Source: Eledone cirrhosa
Taxonomy: Eukaryota
Assembly: GCA_964016885.1 (NCBI GenBank)
Contig: OZ024752.1
Span: 20,894,001 to 20,958,000, forward strand
Direction of reading: 5' to 3'
Length of the DNA: 64,000 nt
Of this stretch, positions 17,589 to 29,627 are shown piece by piece. A program made the position numbers and the translations under genes. Numbering within the stretch: the stretch's first letter is position 1; each line of letters opens with the position of its first letter. The notes under the pieces were generated by a model. The model searched no databases. It had not been told where the DNA came from and saw only the letters and a program-made list of their open reading frames with translations.

Positions 17589-18218
17589 CTAGCAGAATGG
17601 CCCGGCGTTGCTAAGGATTTGCTCTAGAGTTCTTATATATTTGGTATATATTTATCCTTATCGAGCCTCCTGAAATAAATACGTTAGTTTACATTTTGTT
17701 ATTGTATATGCAAAGATATCTGTACACAAATATATAATTATATATATATATTTAAATAACAGTGTAAAGTTTAAGCAAAGAATCGCTGCTTTCACCCTTA
17801 ACGGGACATTCTAAAACTAAAAAAAATCAATCTGTGAACGCAGAAGTAAATGTTTCGAAAAACCTTACGCACTTCATATATATACACACACACTATGTAT
17901 ATACATATACACACACACAGATAGTCTCATAATGTCGTAATGGAGACAGGTAGGCATACGGTCAGATATTATAAGGGCCAAACTTTATATCTATGTATCT
18001 ATCTAAAAAGAAACACTAATAATTATAGAGAGAGATCGCTAACTCGCCTAATGCGGTCCCTAGGGCATTGAAAATATGAAATATCTTTTGCTCAGAACAC
18101 TCACAGGGCCATATGTTTTACATTTGTAAAGTTTGAAAACAATCGGTTGGGTGGCTCGAGTTTTAGACAATCAGACAGACAGAGAGAAAACACACATGCT
18201 CTGTTTTAGATATATAGA
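17589..18218 (-). mobile_element. Non-autonomous Helitron-like element, copy C (630 bp)
   Basis: Collinear with copy B; same TC...CTAG termini and A|T site. Confidence 0.8.
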
Positions 18219-19094
18219 TGATACACCTGTTATTGAATGTTACACACACATAGTATTGTATGTTACACCTAGTATTGTGTGTTACACCTAGTATTGTATG
18301 TAACACGTAGTATTGTATGTAACACCTAGTATTGTATGTTACACTTAATATTGTATGTTACACCGAGTATTTTCTGTTACACGTAGTATTGTTTGTTACA
18401 CCTTAGTATTGTATGTTACACCTAGTATTTTATGTTACACCTCGTACTGTATGTTACACCTAGTATAATATGTAACACCTAGTATTGTATAGTACAACTG
18501 GTATTGTATGTTACCCCTAGTATTATATGTTCCACATATTATTGTATGTTACAGCTAGTATTGTATGCTACACCTACTATTGTATGTTACACATAGTCTT
18601 GTATGATACACCTAGCATTGTATGTTAAACCTAGTATTGTATGTCACAACTACCATTGAATGTAACACCGAGTATTGTATGTAACATATAGTATTGTACT
18701 AGCAGACTGGCCCGGCGTTGCTACGCATTTGCTCTAGAGCTCTTATAAATTGATATATATTTATCCTTATCGAGCCTCGTGAAATAAATACGTTTGTTTA
18801 TATTTTGTTATTGTATATGCAAAAATATCTGTACACGAATGTATCCTAAATGGACGGTAGTCCGTTTAGTAATATTGTTGTAGTCGTGTTTTCGTTGGCA
18901 ATCGTCTGTTTACGACAGTACAACGCGGCTCTACTTTATTTAACTGAGATAAAACTTATATGAGCATGAACAGTAGATCATTACGCATCTTTTGGCTTAA
19001 AAATCTAGAAATTTGGTCCAGCGGGAAAAAGTTTATAACGAAAGTTTGCTGATAAATCTTGTGTTCAAGTGAGTGAGTAGTAAGCGTGACGCTA

Positions 19095-19220
19095 GGGGAG
19101 GTAATCCAGAAATGACGAATTTTTTTCGGCGGAACTCTTGTGATTGTGATTACGTTAGTCAAATGTAGTCAAATCGCCGAATCCCCTCCTCCTAATTGAC
19201 TACATCATTTCTGAACGGCC
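19095..19220. mobile_element. Small PIF/Harbinger-like MITE
   Basis: Imperfect TIRs GGGGAGGTAATCCAGAAATGACG / CATCATTTCTGAACGGCC flanked by CTA on both sides. Confidence 0.5.
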
Positions 19221-19793
19221 CTACTTGCGTCAGTGTGAAACATTACTTCACTTTTCACTGCTAAAATGCTTTTTAAATACTTTAATTTAAATACTTAAAT
19301 TTATGTTTATTATCAAAGCTATTTTTTGTACCAATCTATCAATAGTTTGCGAAAATATAGGTAAACATGTGAGTTAAATTTTTTTTAATCGCATCGATCG
19401 CTTTGTCGCACCGACTGTGACACTGTCTGACTGTCTGTCTGACTGACACCTTTGTCGGACCGACACCTTTGTTCAAGCGGACAACTTTGTGTCACTGACA
19501 CCTTTGTTCGTGCCGGTATCTCTGCAAAACACCGATGACAACAACCAGACCAAAATTTCACTTCATTCTTCATTCTTCTTCAAGACCGATCGCCGACCGA
19601 TCGTATCGGTTGCTCTTCATATACCAGATATTCAACAGATAGTTTGCACTTCTAGTATTATTAACAGTCGTGCGATTTTTTTGTACCGATAGGTGCGAAT
19701 AGTGTACAATATTTTCTGAGATTTGCATCCACTAATTTCGCTTAATTAAAAATGATGTTTTGCAGCTTTTTGATCGGCTTATTCATTTTTTCC

Positions 19794-20547
19794 ATGGCAC
19801 GGAAATGGAGTATTTCCATTTCAAATCAAAACTTTTCACTAAAATCGGGCAATTGGACTGATCAAATTCACATTCATGCCAGTTTTTACAAATCCATAAT
19901 TAGAAATGTGGCGAAATCGAATGACCAGAAGGTATAAAAATATTAATTCAAATGTATTTACTTATCATACCAACAAAAATACTTAGATATTTTGTATACC
20001 TGGGGCCCGTCAGGGCCAGGTAATGTTAATCGCCAACATTGTTATCTGTTGTCCTTTTGTGAAAGTATTGGTGGTTCATGTCGGCTCTAATGATCTGAAT
20101 CCTCGTCGCGCCGTTGGCACTACAAAGCTGTGCAAATTAATACAATAATTTTTGCCCAAGTATTTTTTATTAATCATTTATTTGTAAATTAAGGACAAAG
20201 TGCCCATTCAAGGCACAAAACCGGAAAAATAGGGGAAGAGTCTCTTTGCAAGGCTACAGAAAATAGTGGAAAAGCACCACTGTACACCCATTTTCTACAG
20301 TGGTGTCATTCCACGTCCATAAAGTGTAATTGAAAATAAAAATGACTTGGGCAAAAGAAATTCTCGTTTGGAAAAGTTTAATTACTGCATGAAAGAAATG
20401 ATTCAAAAATTGAACTTGCCCAATCTTCACAACATTGAAAATTGGTCAAAATTTGACAAATCTGACTTCAAACCAGATATGATTCATTTGAACAATGTTG
20501 GAAATCTTAAATTGACACAAATTTTTGCCAATGTTTTTGCCACCTGA
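19794..20547 (+). pseudogene. Three-exon SGNH/GDSL-type hydrolase (transposon-esterase-like) pseudogene; exons ~19794-19931, 19987-20127, 20194-20547
   Basis: Manual translation gives KSIIRNV (block I), CIPGA, HVGSND (block III), FYSGVIPR and PDMIHLNNVG (block V); phase-0 introns of 55 nt (GT-AG) and 66 nt (donor reads CT); in-frame stops at 20230 and 20320; AATAAA at 20585. Confidence 0.75.
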
Positions 20548-20587
20548 TCCTTGTTCTATGGCTGACTGACTAATTTTGTGACTTAAT

Positions 20588-21350
20588 AAAATGTCATCAT
20601 ACTAGTAATGCACAATGGTCATTTTTAAATTTAAATTTTATTAAATAGTTGTTGCTTGCATTGCCTTAAAATAGTAAGAAGAATGTACACATACTTTTTA
20701 AAAATACATCATTATCAGTCAAATCAGTCAAATGTCACTAAAAGCCAGGTGGTCGATAACAACTTCTATAAGATTAGTTACATGCTCACACATTGGATCA
20801 CCTCTCATCAATGGCATTGGGTGTCTGAGATAATCGTGGAGATAACTGATGAAGTCACAAATGAAGTGATGGTCTTCCAGTGTGAACAACTCCCTATATC
20901 CATTGATATATGTGATGGCTTCCGATTCATAGGTGCATTTTATGAGGAATTCCATGCATCCGATTTTCAGTGATTCAATGTGCATTTTATCAGAGATGAT
21001 AAGGTATTTGACCACGTTTTGTAAATTGGAGAGAATCACTGCAGTCAAAGTCATTTCTTTGCATGGGTTTTTGTCCATTCTAAAAAGTTAAAATGATAAA
21101 GTATTACTACTATATAACTTACATCTATTGTTGTAACACCATTGAAATGCACAAGTTTCACCAATTCACTATTATGCACTAATCATCTCAAATGCATTCA
21201 TGATTTACTAGCTTTGTCATTAAGCCAGTTGCCTCAACTAGATTGCAATTATACTCAAAAGAACTTTAAAATGTCAATCACTTGTCAGTAATTCACTATG
21301 ATCATTTAATTATTAGATAGTTGTTACTTGCATTGCCTTAAAATATAGTA
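20588..21350 (+). repeat. Imperfect ~85-bp direct repeats (20588-20678 and ~21268-21350) flanking the BACK-like exon
   Basis: Core ATAGTTGTTRCTTGCATTGCCTTAAAATA at 20645 and 21317, with upstream AGTAATKCACWATGRTCATTT in both. Confidence 0.8.
20728..21079 (-). CDS. Exon or ORF encoding a BACK-like (BTB C-terminal, SPOP-type) helical domain
   Basis: NLQNVVKYLIISDKMHIESLKIGCMEFL resembles the pattern NvxxlLilAdxyxxxxLKxxcxxFi; preceded on the minus strand by TTTTAACTTTTTAG acceptor. Confidence 0.55.
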
Positions 21351-21351
21351 G

Positions 21352-22323
21352 ACCAGATAGAAAAATGCGTACAGCAAAAAAAAAGTAATAAAAGAATAGG
21401 ACAAGAAACTAAGATAAAACTTTAAAGAATTGGACAAGAAATAAAAAATTTTACAATAATATTAGTGGCAAAACTTTTTTATTCGTTTCCTGTGCTATGC
21501 TCCAGTATCTTCTTGATTAGTGCATAATAATTGTCATGCTCTCATTGTGCGTTGCCCCTGAGCGGTTGGTTCTGGTTGGGGTTGGTTGGCTGAGCAGCTC
21601 TGCTCCGTCAGAATGACCATTGCAAAAAGAATTGGCCGATGCAGCTGCAGGTCTCCTCCAAGAATGCACTTCTGGTCCCGCAACACCAGACGGAGATGGA
21701 GAAGACGACCGGGACAAGATGTCGACTCTGACCACCGACTACGGCACCTGCCTCAACCACCGATCCTTCCTCCCTCTGTCCCGTCATCCCTCCTGTCCTA
21801 CTGCTCCCCCTTCCTGTACCAGAAAGCTGTGGCACGCATTCATCTGGACTGCCGGACTTGAACTCAAGGACAAGATGCAAGAAGAAGATGGACGGGTTGG
21901 TCAAGATCAAGGATGAGCGGGACGACAAGACCGTCCACTGCTGCTCAAGATCTGTGTTCATGGGCCCATGGGTTCATTCACATTATGCATGACACATGAG
22001 GCGTGTCGCCGAATGATGAAATAGGGTATGGTTATGGCCCAATTGGTGTTCAAACCAGGATCAAATGATCCCCCCGGTCTGACGACGACCTCTGAATGTG
22101 GAAGCCAGAGCCTATGAATGTGGAACTCGATTTTTTACCAATAAAAATTTTGCCACTAATATTATTGTAAAATTTTTTATTTCTTGTCCAATTCTTTAAA
22201 GTTTTATCTTAGTTTCTTGTCCTATTCTTTTAAAGTTTTATTTTAGTTTCTTGTCCTATATTTTTAAAGGTTTATATTCCAACAATATTACTTTTTTTTG
22301 CTGTACGCATTTTTCTATCTGGT
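21352..22323. repeat. Long inverted repeats (21352-21483 / 22140-22323) enclosing a GC-rich degraded ORF-like segment
   Basis: ACCAGATAGAAAAATGCGTACAGC...GTGGCAAAA matches the reverse complement of the right arm; left arm lacks ~50 bp present in the right. Confidence 0.9.
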
Positions 22324-25300
22324 AATTATATATATATATTAAAATAACAGATTAAAGTTTAATCAAAAATTCGCTGCTTTCACCCTTAACGGGATCTTCT
22401 GAAACCCCAAAAAATCAATCTGTGAACGCAGTAAATATTTCGAAAACGTGACACACTATATATATATATATATACACACACTATATATACATATACACAC
22501 ACACACACAGATAGTCTCATAATGTCGTTATGCAGACAGCCAGGCATACACACAGATATTATAAGGGCCAAACTTTATATCTATGTATCTATACGAAAAG
22601 AAAGACTAACAATTATAGATACAGATCGCTAACTCGCCTAATGCGGTCCCTAGGGCATTGAAAATATGAAATATCTTTTGCTCAGCACAATCACAGGACC
22701 ATATGTATTACATTTGTAAAGTTTGAAAACAATCTGTTGGGTGGTTCTCAAGTTTTAGGCAGTCAGACAGACAGACAGAAAACAGACATTCTCTATTTTA
22801 GATATATAGATGATACACCTGTTATTGAATATTACACACACATAGTATTGTATGTAAAACCCAGTATTGTTTATTAGACCTAGTATTTTATGTTACACCT
22901 AGTATTGTATGTTACCCCTCTTATTGTATGTAACAGCTAGTACTATATGTTACACCTAGTATTGTATGTTACACTTACTAGTGTATGTTACACCTAGTAT
23001 TGTATGTAACACCTAGTATTGTATGTAACACCTAGTATTGTGTGTTATACCTAGTATTTTATTTTACACCTAGTATTATATGTTACAGCTAGTATTGTAT
23101 ATTAGACCTAGTATTGTATGTTACACCTAGTATTGTATTTTACATCTATTATTGTGTTACACCTCTTATTGTATGTAACACCTAGTATTGTATGTTACAC
23201 CTAGTACTGTATGTTACACATAGTATTGTATGTAACACATAATATTGTATGTTAACCTAGTGTTGTATGTTACACCTAGTATTGTATGTTACACCTAGTA
23301 TTGTCTGTAACACCTAGTGTTGTATGTTACACCTAGTATTGTATGTTACATGTAGTATTGTATGTTACACCTAGTATTGTATGTTACACCTAGTATTGTA
23401 TGTAACACATGGTATTGTATGTAACACCTACTATTGTATGTTACATGTAGTATTGTATGTTACACCTAGTATCGTATGTTACACCTAGTATTTTATGTAA
23501 CATCTAGTAATGTATGTAACACAAAGTGTTGTATGTTACACCTAGTATTGTATATTACACCTAGTGTTTTATGTTACAACTGGTATTGTATGTTACACCT
23601 AGTATTGTATGTAACACCTAGTATTGTATATTACCCCTACTATTGGATGTTAGATGTAGTATTGTATGTTACACCTAGTGTAGTATGTTACACCTAGTGT
23701 AGTATGTTACACCTAGTATTTTATGTAACACATACTATTGTTTGTTACACATAGTATTGTATGTTACATCTAGTATTGTATGTTACACCTATTGTATGTA
23801 ACAACTAATATTTTATGTAACACCTAGTATTGTATGTAACATCTAGTATTGTATGTTACACATAGTATTGTATATAACACCTAGTATTGTAATTTACACC
23901 TACTATTTTATCTAACACCTAGTATTGTATGTAACACCTACTATTGTATGTTACATGTAGTATTGTATGTTACACCTAGTAATGTATGTTAAACCTAGTA
24001 TTGTATGTTACACATAGTGTTGTATGTTACACCGCGTATCGTATGTAACACCTAGTATTGTTTCTTACACCTAGTGTTTTATGTTACATCTAGTATTGTA
24101 TGTTACAGCTAGTATTGTATTTTACATGTAGTATTGCATGTTACACCTAGTAATGTATGTTACAACTGGTACTTTATGTAACACCTAGTATTGTATGTAA
24201 CACCTAATATCGTATGTTACACCTAGTATTGTATGTAACACCTAGTATTGTATGTAACACCTACTATTGTATGTAAACAACTTGTATTATATGTAACACA
24301 TAGTAATGTATGTTACACCTGGTATTTATGTTAAACCTTGTATTATATTTTACACCAAGTATTGTATGTTACACAGTATTGTATGTTACGCATACTATTG
24401 TATGTAACACCTACAATTGTATGTAACACCTAGTATTGTATGTGACACCTAGTATTATATGTTATACCTAGTGTTGTATGTGACACCTAGAATTGCATGT
24501 TACACCTAGTATGGAAAGTAACACTTAGTACTGAATGTTACACCTAGTATTGTATGTAACACCTAGTATTGTATGTTACACCATTATTGTATGTATCACG
24601 TAGTATTGTATGTTACATCTAGTATTGTATGTTACACCATTATTGTATGTAACATCTAGAATTGTATGTAACACGTAGTATTGTATGTTACACCTTGTAT
24701 TGTATGTTTCACTTAGTAGTGTATGTTACACCTAGTATTGTATGTTACACCTACTATAGTATGTTACATGTAGCATTGTTTGTTACACCTAGTATTGTAT
24801 GGTACACATAGCATTGTATGTAAGACCTAGTATTGTATGTTACATGTAGTATTGTATGTTACACCTAGTAATGTACGTAACACCTAGTATCGTATGTTAC
24901 ACTTACTATTGTATGTTACACCTAGTATTGTATGTTATACCTAGTATTGTATGTAAAACCTAATATTGGTTGTTACATTCAGTATTGTATGGAACACCTA
25001 GTATTGTATGTTATATCTAGTATTGTATGTAACACCTAGTATTGTGTGTTACACCTAGTATTATATGTTACACATAGTATTGTAGATTGCAACTACTATT
25101 GTACGTAACACCTAGTATTGTATATTGCACCTAGTATTGTATGTAACACTTAGTATTGTATGTTACACATAGTACTCTATGTTACACCTAGTATTCTATG
25201 TAACACTTAGTATGGTATGTGATACCGCGTATTGTATGTTGCACCTAGCATTGCATGTAACACCTAGTGTTGTATGTTACACTTAGTATTGATTATACCC

Positions 25301-28279
25301 CTAGTATTGTATCTTACACCTAGTGTTGTATGTTAAACCTAGTATTGTGTAGTACACCTAGTATTGTATGTTTCACCTGGTATTGTATGTTACACCTAGT
25401 ATTGTATGTAACACCTAGTATTGTATGTTACACATAGTACTGTATGTAATATCTAGTATTGTATGTTACACCATTATTGTATGTAACACCTAGTATTGTA
25501 TGATACATGTAGTATTGTATGTTACACCTAGTATTGTATATTACACTTAGTATTGTATGTTACACCTAGTATTTTCTGTAACATCCAGTATTTTATGAAA
25601 CACCTAGTATTGTATGTTACACCTAGTATTGTATGTTACAGCTGGTATTATATTTGGCACCTAGTATTGTATGTAACACCTATTATTTTATGGTACACTT
25701 AGTATTGTATGTTAAACCTACTATTGTATGTTACATGTAGTATTGTTTGTTTCACCCAGTATTGTATGTTACACCTAGTATTGTATGTAGCACCTAGTAT
25801 TGTATGTTACAGCTACTTTTGAATGTTAAACCTTGTATTCTAGGTTACACTTAGTATTGTAAGTTACACCTATTATTGTATGTTACACCTAGTATTGTAT
25901 GTTAGACCTAGTGTTGTATGTTATACCTAGTATTGCAGGTAACACCTAGTTTTGTATGTAACACCTAGTATTGTATGTTACACCTAGTATTGTATGTTAC
26001 ACATACTACTGTATGTAAAGCTAGTATTATATGTAACGGCTAATATTGAATGTTACACCTCGTGTTGTATGTTATACCTAGTCCTGCATGTAACACCTAG
26101 TGTTGTATGTTACTCCTAGTATTGTATGTTCAACCTACTATTGTATGATACATGTAGTATTGTATGTTACATGTAGTAACATACAATAATGTATGTTATA
26201 CCTAGTATTGTATATTACACCTAGTATTGTATGTTACACCTAGTATTGTATGTTACACTTACTATTGTATGTTACACCTAGAATTATATGTTACACCTAG
26301 TATTCCATGTTAAACCTAGTATTGTATGTTACACCTAGTATTGTATGTAACACCTAGTATTTATGTAACACCTAGTATTGTATGTTACACCTAGTATTGT
26401 ATGTAATATCTATTATTTTATGTTACACCTATTATTAACATCTAGTGCTTTATATTACACCTCGTATTGTATGTAACAGCTAGTATTATATGTAACATCT
26501 ATTACTGTACGTTACACCTAATGTTGTATGTAACACTTAGTATTGTATGTATCACCTATTATTGTATGTTACACCTAGTATTGTATTATACACCTAGTAT
26601 TGTATGTTGCACCTAGAGTTCTATGTAACACCTACTATTGTATGTTACACCTAGTATTGTTTGTAACACCTAGCATTGTATGTTACACCTAGTATTGTTT
26701 GTAAAACCTACTATTGTATGTTACATCTAGTATTGTATGTTACACCTAGTATTCTATGTTACACGTAGTGTTGTATGTTACACCTATTATTGTATGTTAC
26801 TCCTAGTGTTGTATGTAACACCTACTATTGTATGTTACACCTAGTGTTTTATGTTACACCTAATGTTGTATGTTACACCTAGTATTGAATGTTACACCTA
26901 GTATTGTATGTTACACCTAGTGTTGTATGTTACACCTATTATTGTATGTTACACCTAGTGTTGTATGTTACACCTTGTATTTTTTGTAACACCTAGTATT
27001 GTATGTTACACCTAGTATTGTGTGTTACACCAAGTATTGTATCTTACACCTAGTATTGTATGTTACACCTAGTGTGGTATGTTACACCTAGCATTGTATG
27101 TTACATCTAGTATTTTTTGTAACACTTAGCATTGTATGTTACATCTAGTATTGTATGTTACACCTAGTATTGTATGTTACACCTAGTGTTGTATGTTACA
27201 CCTAGTATTGTATGTTACACCTAGTATTGATTGTTACACCTTGTATTGTATGTTTCACCTAGTATTGTATGTAACACCTAGTGTTGTATGTTACACCTAA
27301 TGTTGTGTTACACCTAGTATTGAATGTTACACCTAGTATTGTATGTTACACCTAGTATTGTATGTAACACCTAGTATTGTATGTAACACCTAATGTTGTA
27401 TGTTACACCTAGTGTTGTATGTTACACCTAGTGTTGTATGTTACACCTAGTATTGAATGTTACACCTAGTATTGTATGTTACACCTAGTATTGTATGTTA
27501 CACCTAGTATTGAATGTTACACCTAGTCTTGTATGTTACACCTAGAGTTGTACGTTACACCTTGTATTGTATGTAATAGCTAGTGTTGTATGTTACACCT
27601 AATGATGTATGTTACACCTAGTATTGAATGTTACACCTAGCATTGTATGTAACACCTAGCATTGTATGTAACACCTAGTATTGTATATTACACCTAGTGT
27701 TGTATGTTACACCTACTATTGTATGTTACACCTTGTATCGTATGTAACACCTAGTGTTGTATGTTACACCTAGTGTTGTATGTTACACCTAGTGTTGTAT
27801 GTTACACCTAGCATTATATGTTACACCTTGTATTGTATGTAACACCTACTATTGTATGTTACACCTTGTATTGTATGTTACACCTTGTATTGAGGAATTC
27901 ATCATTTTAACAGCTTTTGTTTTTTGTGCTGCTGGTGTTCCACTTAATTTACCAGACCAGGGTCTTGTGGGAGAGCTGCTTTAGTCAATTGCCACTGAAC
28001 TATTAAGTAGGTTGCACTGGATTACATGGTACCAGTAGCAGTCAGATGCCTGACCTGATATTCATAGCAAGGAGTTTAATTGTTGCATTGATTAAGTAAC
28101 ATTTACTACAGTACAGTGAATTGCAAGTTTAGAATTTGCAATTTCAGATTCCTTAGCAGTATATTATTATTTAGGTGTATAAATTTTATTTCGATGTATA
28201 AATGGTATTATTTAGGTGTATACATGTTGTTATTTAGGTGTATAAATGTTGTTATTTAGGTGTATAAATGTTATTTAGG

Positions 28280-28730
28280 TATCATCATCATTATCATCAT
28301 CATCACCGTTTTAGGTCCATTCTTCCACGCTAGCATGGGTTAGACGGGTTGTCCTGCTGTGGGCAGTGTCCGGTCGGCTGACCTTGTCTTGCTCATACGG
28401 GAACTGATCCTGACTTGATTTCTACAGCTGGATGCCCTTACTAACACCAACCTCATTTACAGTGAGTACTGGGTGCTTTTTTTCCGTGGCGCCTACATGT
28501 CCACTTTACAGTGTGGGCTGGCTGCTTTTTTGCCGTCGCACCTCCACGACCACTTTGCAGTGGAATGATAGGGACCCCAGTCCTATCATCTCATTTCTAC
28601 AGCTGAGTAAACTGGAGCAATGTGAAATAAAGTGTCTTGCTCAAAGAAACAACACATCACCCGGTCCGAGAATTGAACTCACAACCTTTCGATTACAAGC
28701 TCAATGTTCTAACCACTAAGCCATGCGCCT
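28280..28730 (-). mobile_element. tRNA-derived SINE with RTE-like (GAT)n tail
   Basis: Minus strand A box TGGCTTAGTGG, B box GAGTTCAATTC, central TTGAGCAAGACACTTTATTTCAC domain; homologous to 36182-36454 and 50268-50668. Confidence 0.85.
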
Positions 28731-28809
28731 TCCATTATTTAGGTGTATAAATGTTATTTACGTATATAAATGTTATTTAAGTGTGTAAATGTTATTTAGG
28801 TGTATAAAG

Positions 28810-28998
28810 AGCGGTGTATTGGCAGTATCAGTAGAGGGTCGGATGTCATGCTTTGCTGCATAGAGTTATGGCCCTTTACGGTCTGAGTTCAAATCCCGTC
28901 GAGGTTAACTTTGCCTTTCATCCTTACGGGGTCAATAAAATAAAGTACCAGTAATGCACTGGGATAATTGCTGGCCTTGTGCCAAAAGTAGAAACAAT
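28810..28998 (+). mobile_element. Second tRNA-derived SINE family (Meta-domain-like core GCCTTTCATCCTT..GGGGTC)
   Basis: B box GAGTTCAAATCC; inverted homolog at 31799-31986. Confidence 0.75.
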
Positions 28999-29013
28999 TA
29001 TTTAGGTGTATAA

Positions 29014-29103
29014 ATGTCATTATTTAGATGTCTAAAGGAATGGAATAGTAGGAAGGAAGATTGGATGAATTATGTGGAATGCTTGAGATTTTATTTTTCT
29101 GCC
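29014..29103 (+). pseudogene. Possible remnant of a Gypsy-type gag N-terminus
   Basis: MSLFRCLKEWNSRKEDWMNYVECLRFYFSAN resembles the gag start motif (G..eF....EDW..YvERle.yF.AN). Confidence 0.35.
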
Positions 29104-29174
29104 AACACTCCTTACTTTTTTTTCTATTTTCTTTTTCTTTTAGTAATTTTCATCTTTTTCATTCTCTTTGGAAG

Positions 29175-29600
29175 GAAATCCGACAAAAAGTCAGTGAGAT
29201 GCGATTAGAAGCTGAAAAAGCATCAAAGACAAAATCTCAAATAATCGATGAACTCCAGAGCAGTAAAGTACAGCAAGAAATGGAGATGAACAAATTGAAT
29301 CGAAAAGTAGAGAGCCTCGTTTTGAACATGGAGAAAACGATGGCTGATGTTTCAGCCTTCAAAAAAACCCAGTTTAATTTTGAAAAGAAACAATCACAGA
29401 TCAAACACATGTTAAGTGATCTAACTGCACAGATAGAAAACATACAAGATAAAACGTCAGTGATTCCAGTCGAATTGAAAAACGTGAAAATAGAATCGGA
29501 TAATTTAAGTAAAGGTTTGGCGGAGATTAACATGAGAGACAAAACTCTGCAGCATAACTTAGAGACTATTAAACAAGAAGTTCTGTATGCACGTCAAAAG
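29175..29600 (+). CDS. Internal host-gene exon (426 nt, phase 0-0) encoding a long coiled-coil segment
   Basis: Long polypyrimidine tract plus AG at 29173-29174; open frame EIRQKVSEMRLEAEK...VLYARQK with heptad composition; GTATGA donor at 29601. Confidence 0.85.
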
Positions 29601-29627
29601 GTATGAAGTGTTTTTCTTTCTTTAGAT

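Larger units (their letters stand above)
18845..22323. mobile_element. Unclassified gene-carrying insertion nested in the Helitron
   Basis: Clean insertion relative to copies B/C; left-end hairpin CTAAATGGAC-GGTA-GTCCGTTTAG; 13-bp subterminal inverted repeat AGTAATATTGTTG (18869-18881) / CAACAATATTACT (22280-22292). Confidence 0.7.
18699..22810 (-). mobile_element. Helitron-like element copy D, split by a ~3.5-kb nested insertion (Helitron parts 18699-18844 and ~22323-22810)
   Basis: Homology to copy B stops after GTACACGAAT(G/A)TAT and resumes at AATTATATATAT...AATAACAGATTAAAG. Confidence 0.8.
28165..29030 (+). repeat. Short ~19-22-bp minisatellite (TTATTTAGGTGTATAAATG) interrupted by two SINEs
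   Basis: Units read directly at 28165-28280, 28735-28808 and 28998-29030. Confidence 0.8.

Noticed and set aside
18869-18881. CAATATTAC on the minus strand resembling a CRESS-virus nonanucleotide origin
   Set aside because: It lies beside, not in the loop of, the hairpin and no Rep gene is seen; better explained as a subterminal inverted repeat
28165-29030. Minisatellite as an inverted derivative of the 19-bp satellite (shared TAGGTGTA)
   Set aside because: Only an 8-bp match in AT-rich sequence; insufficient support
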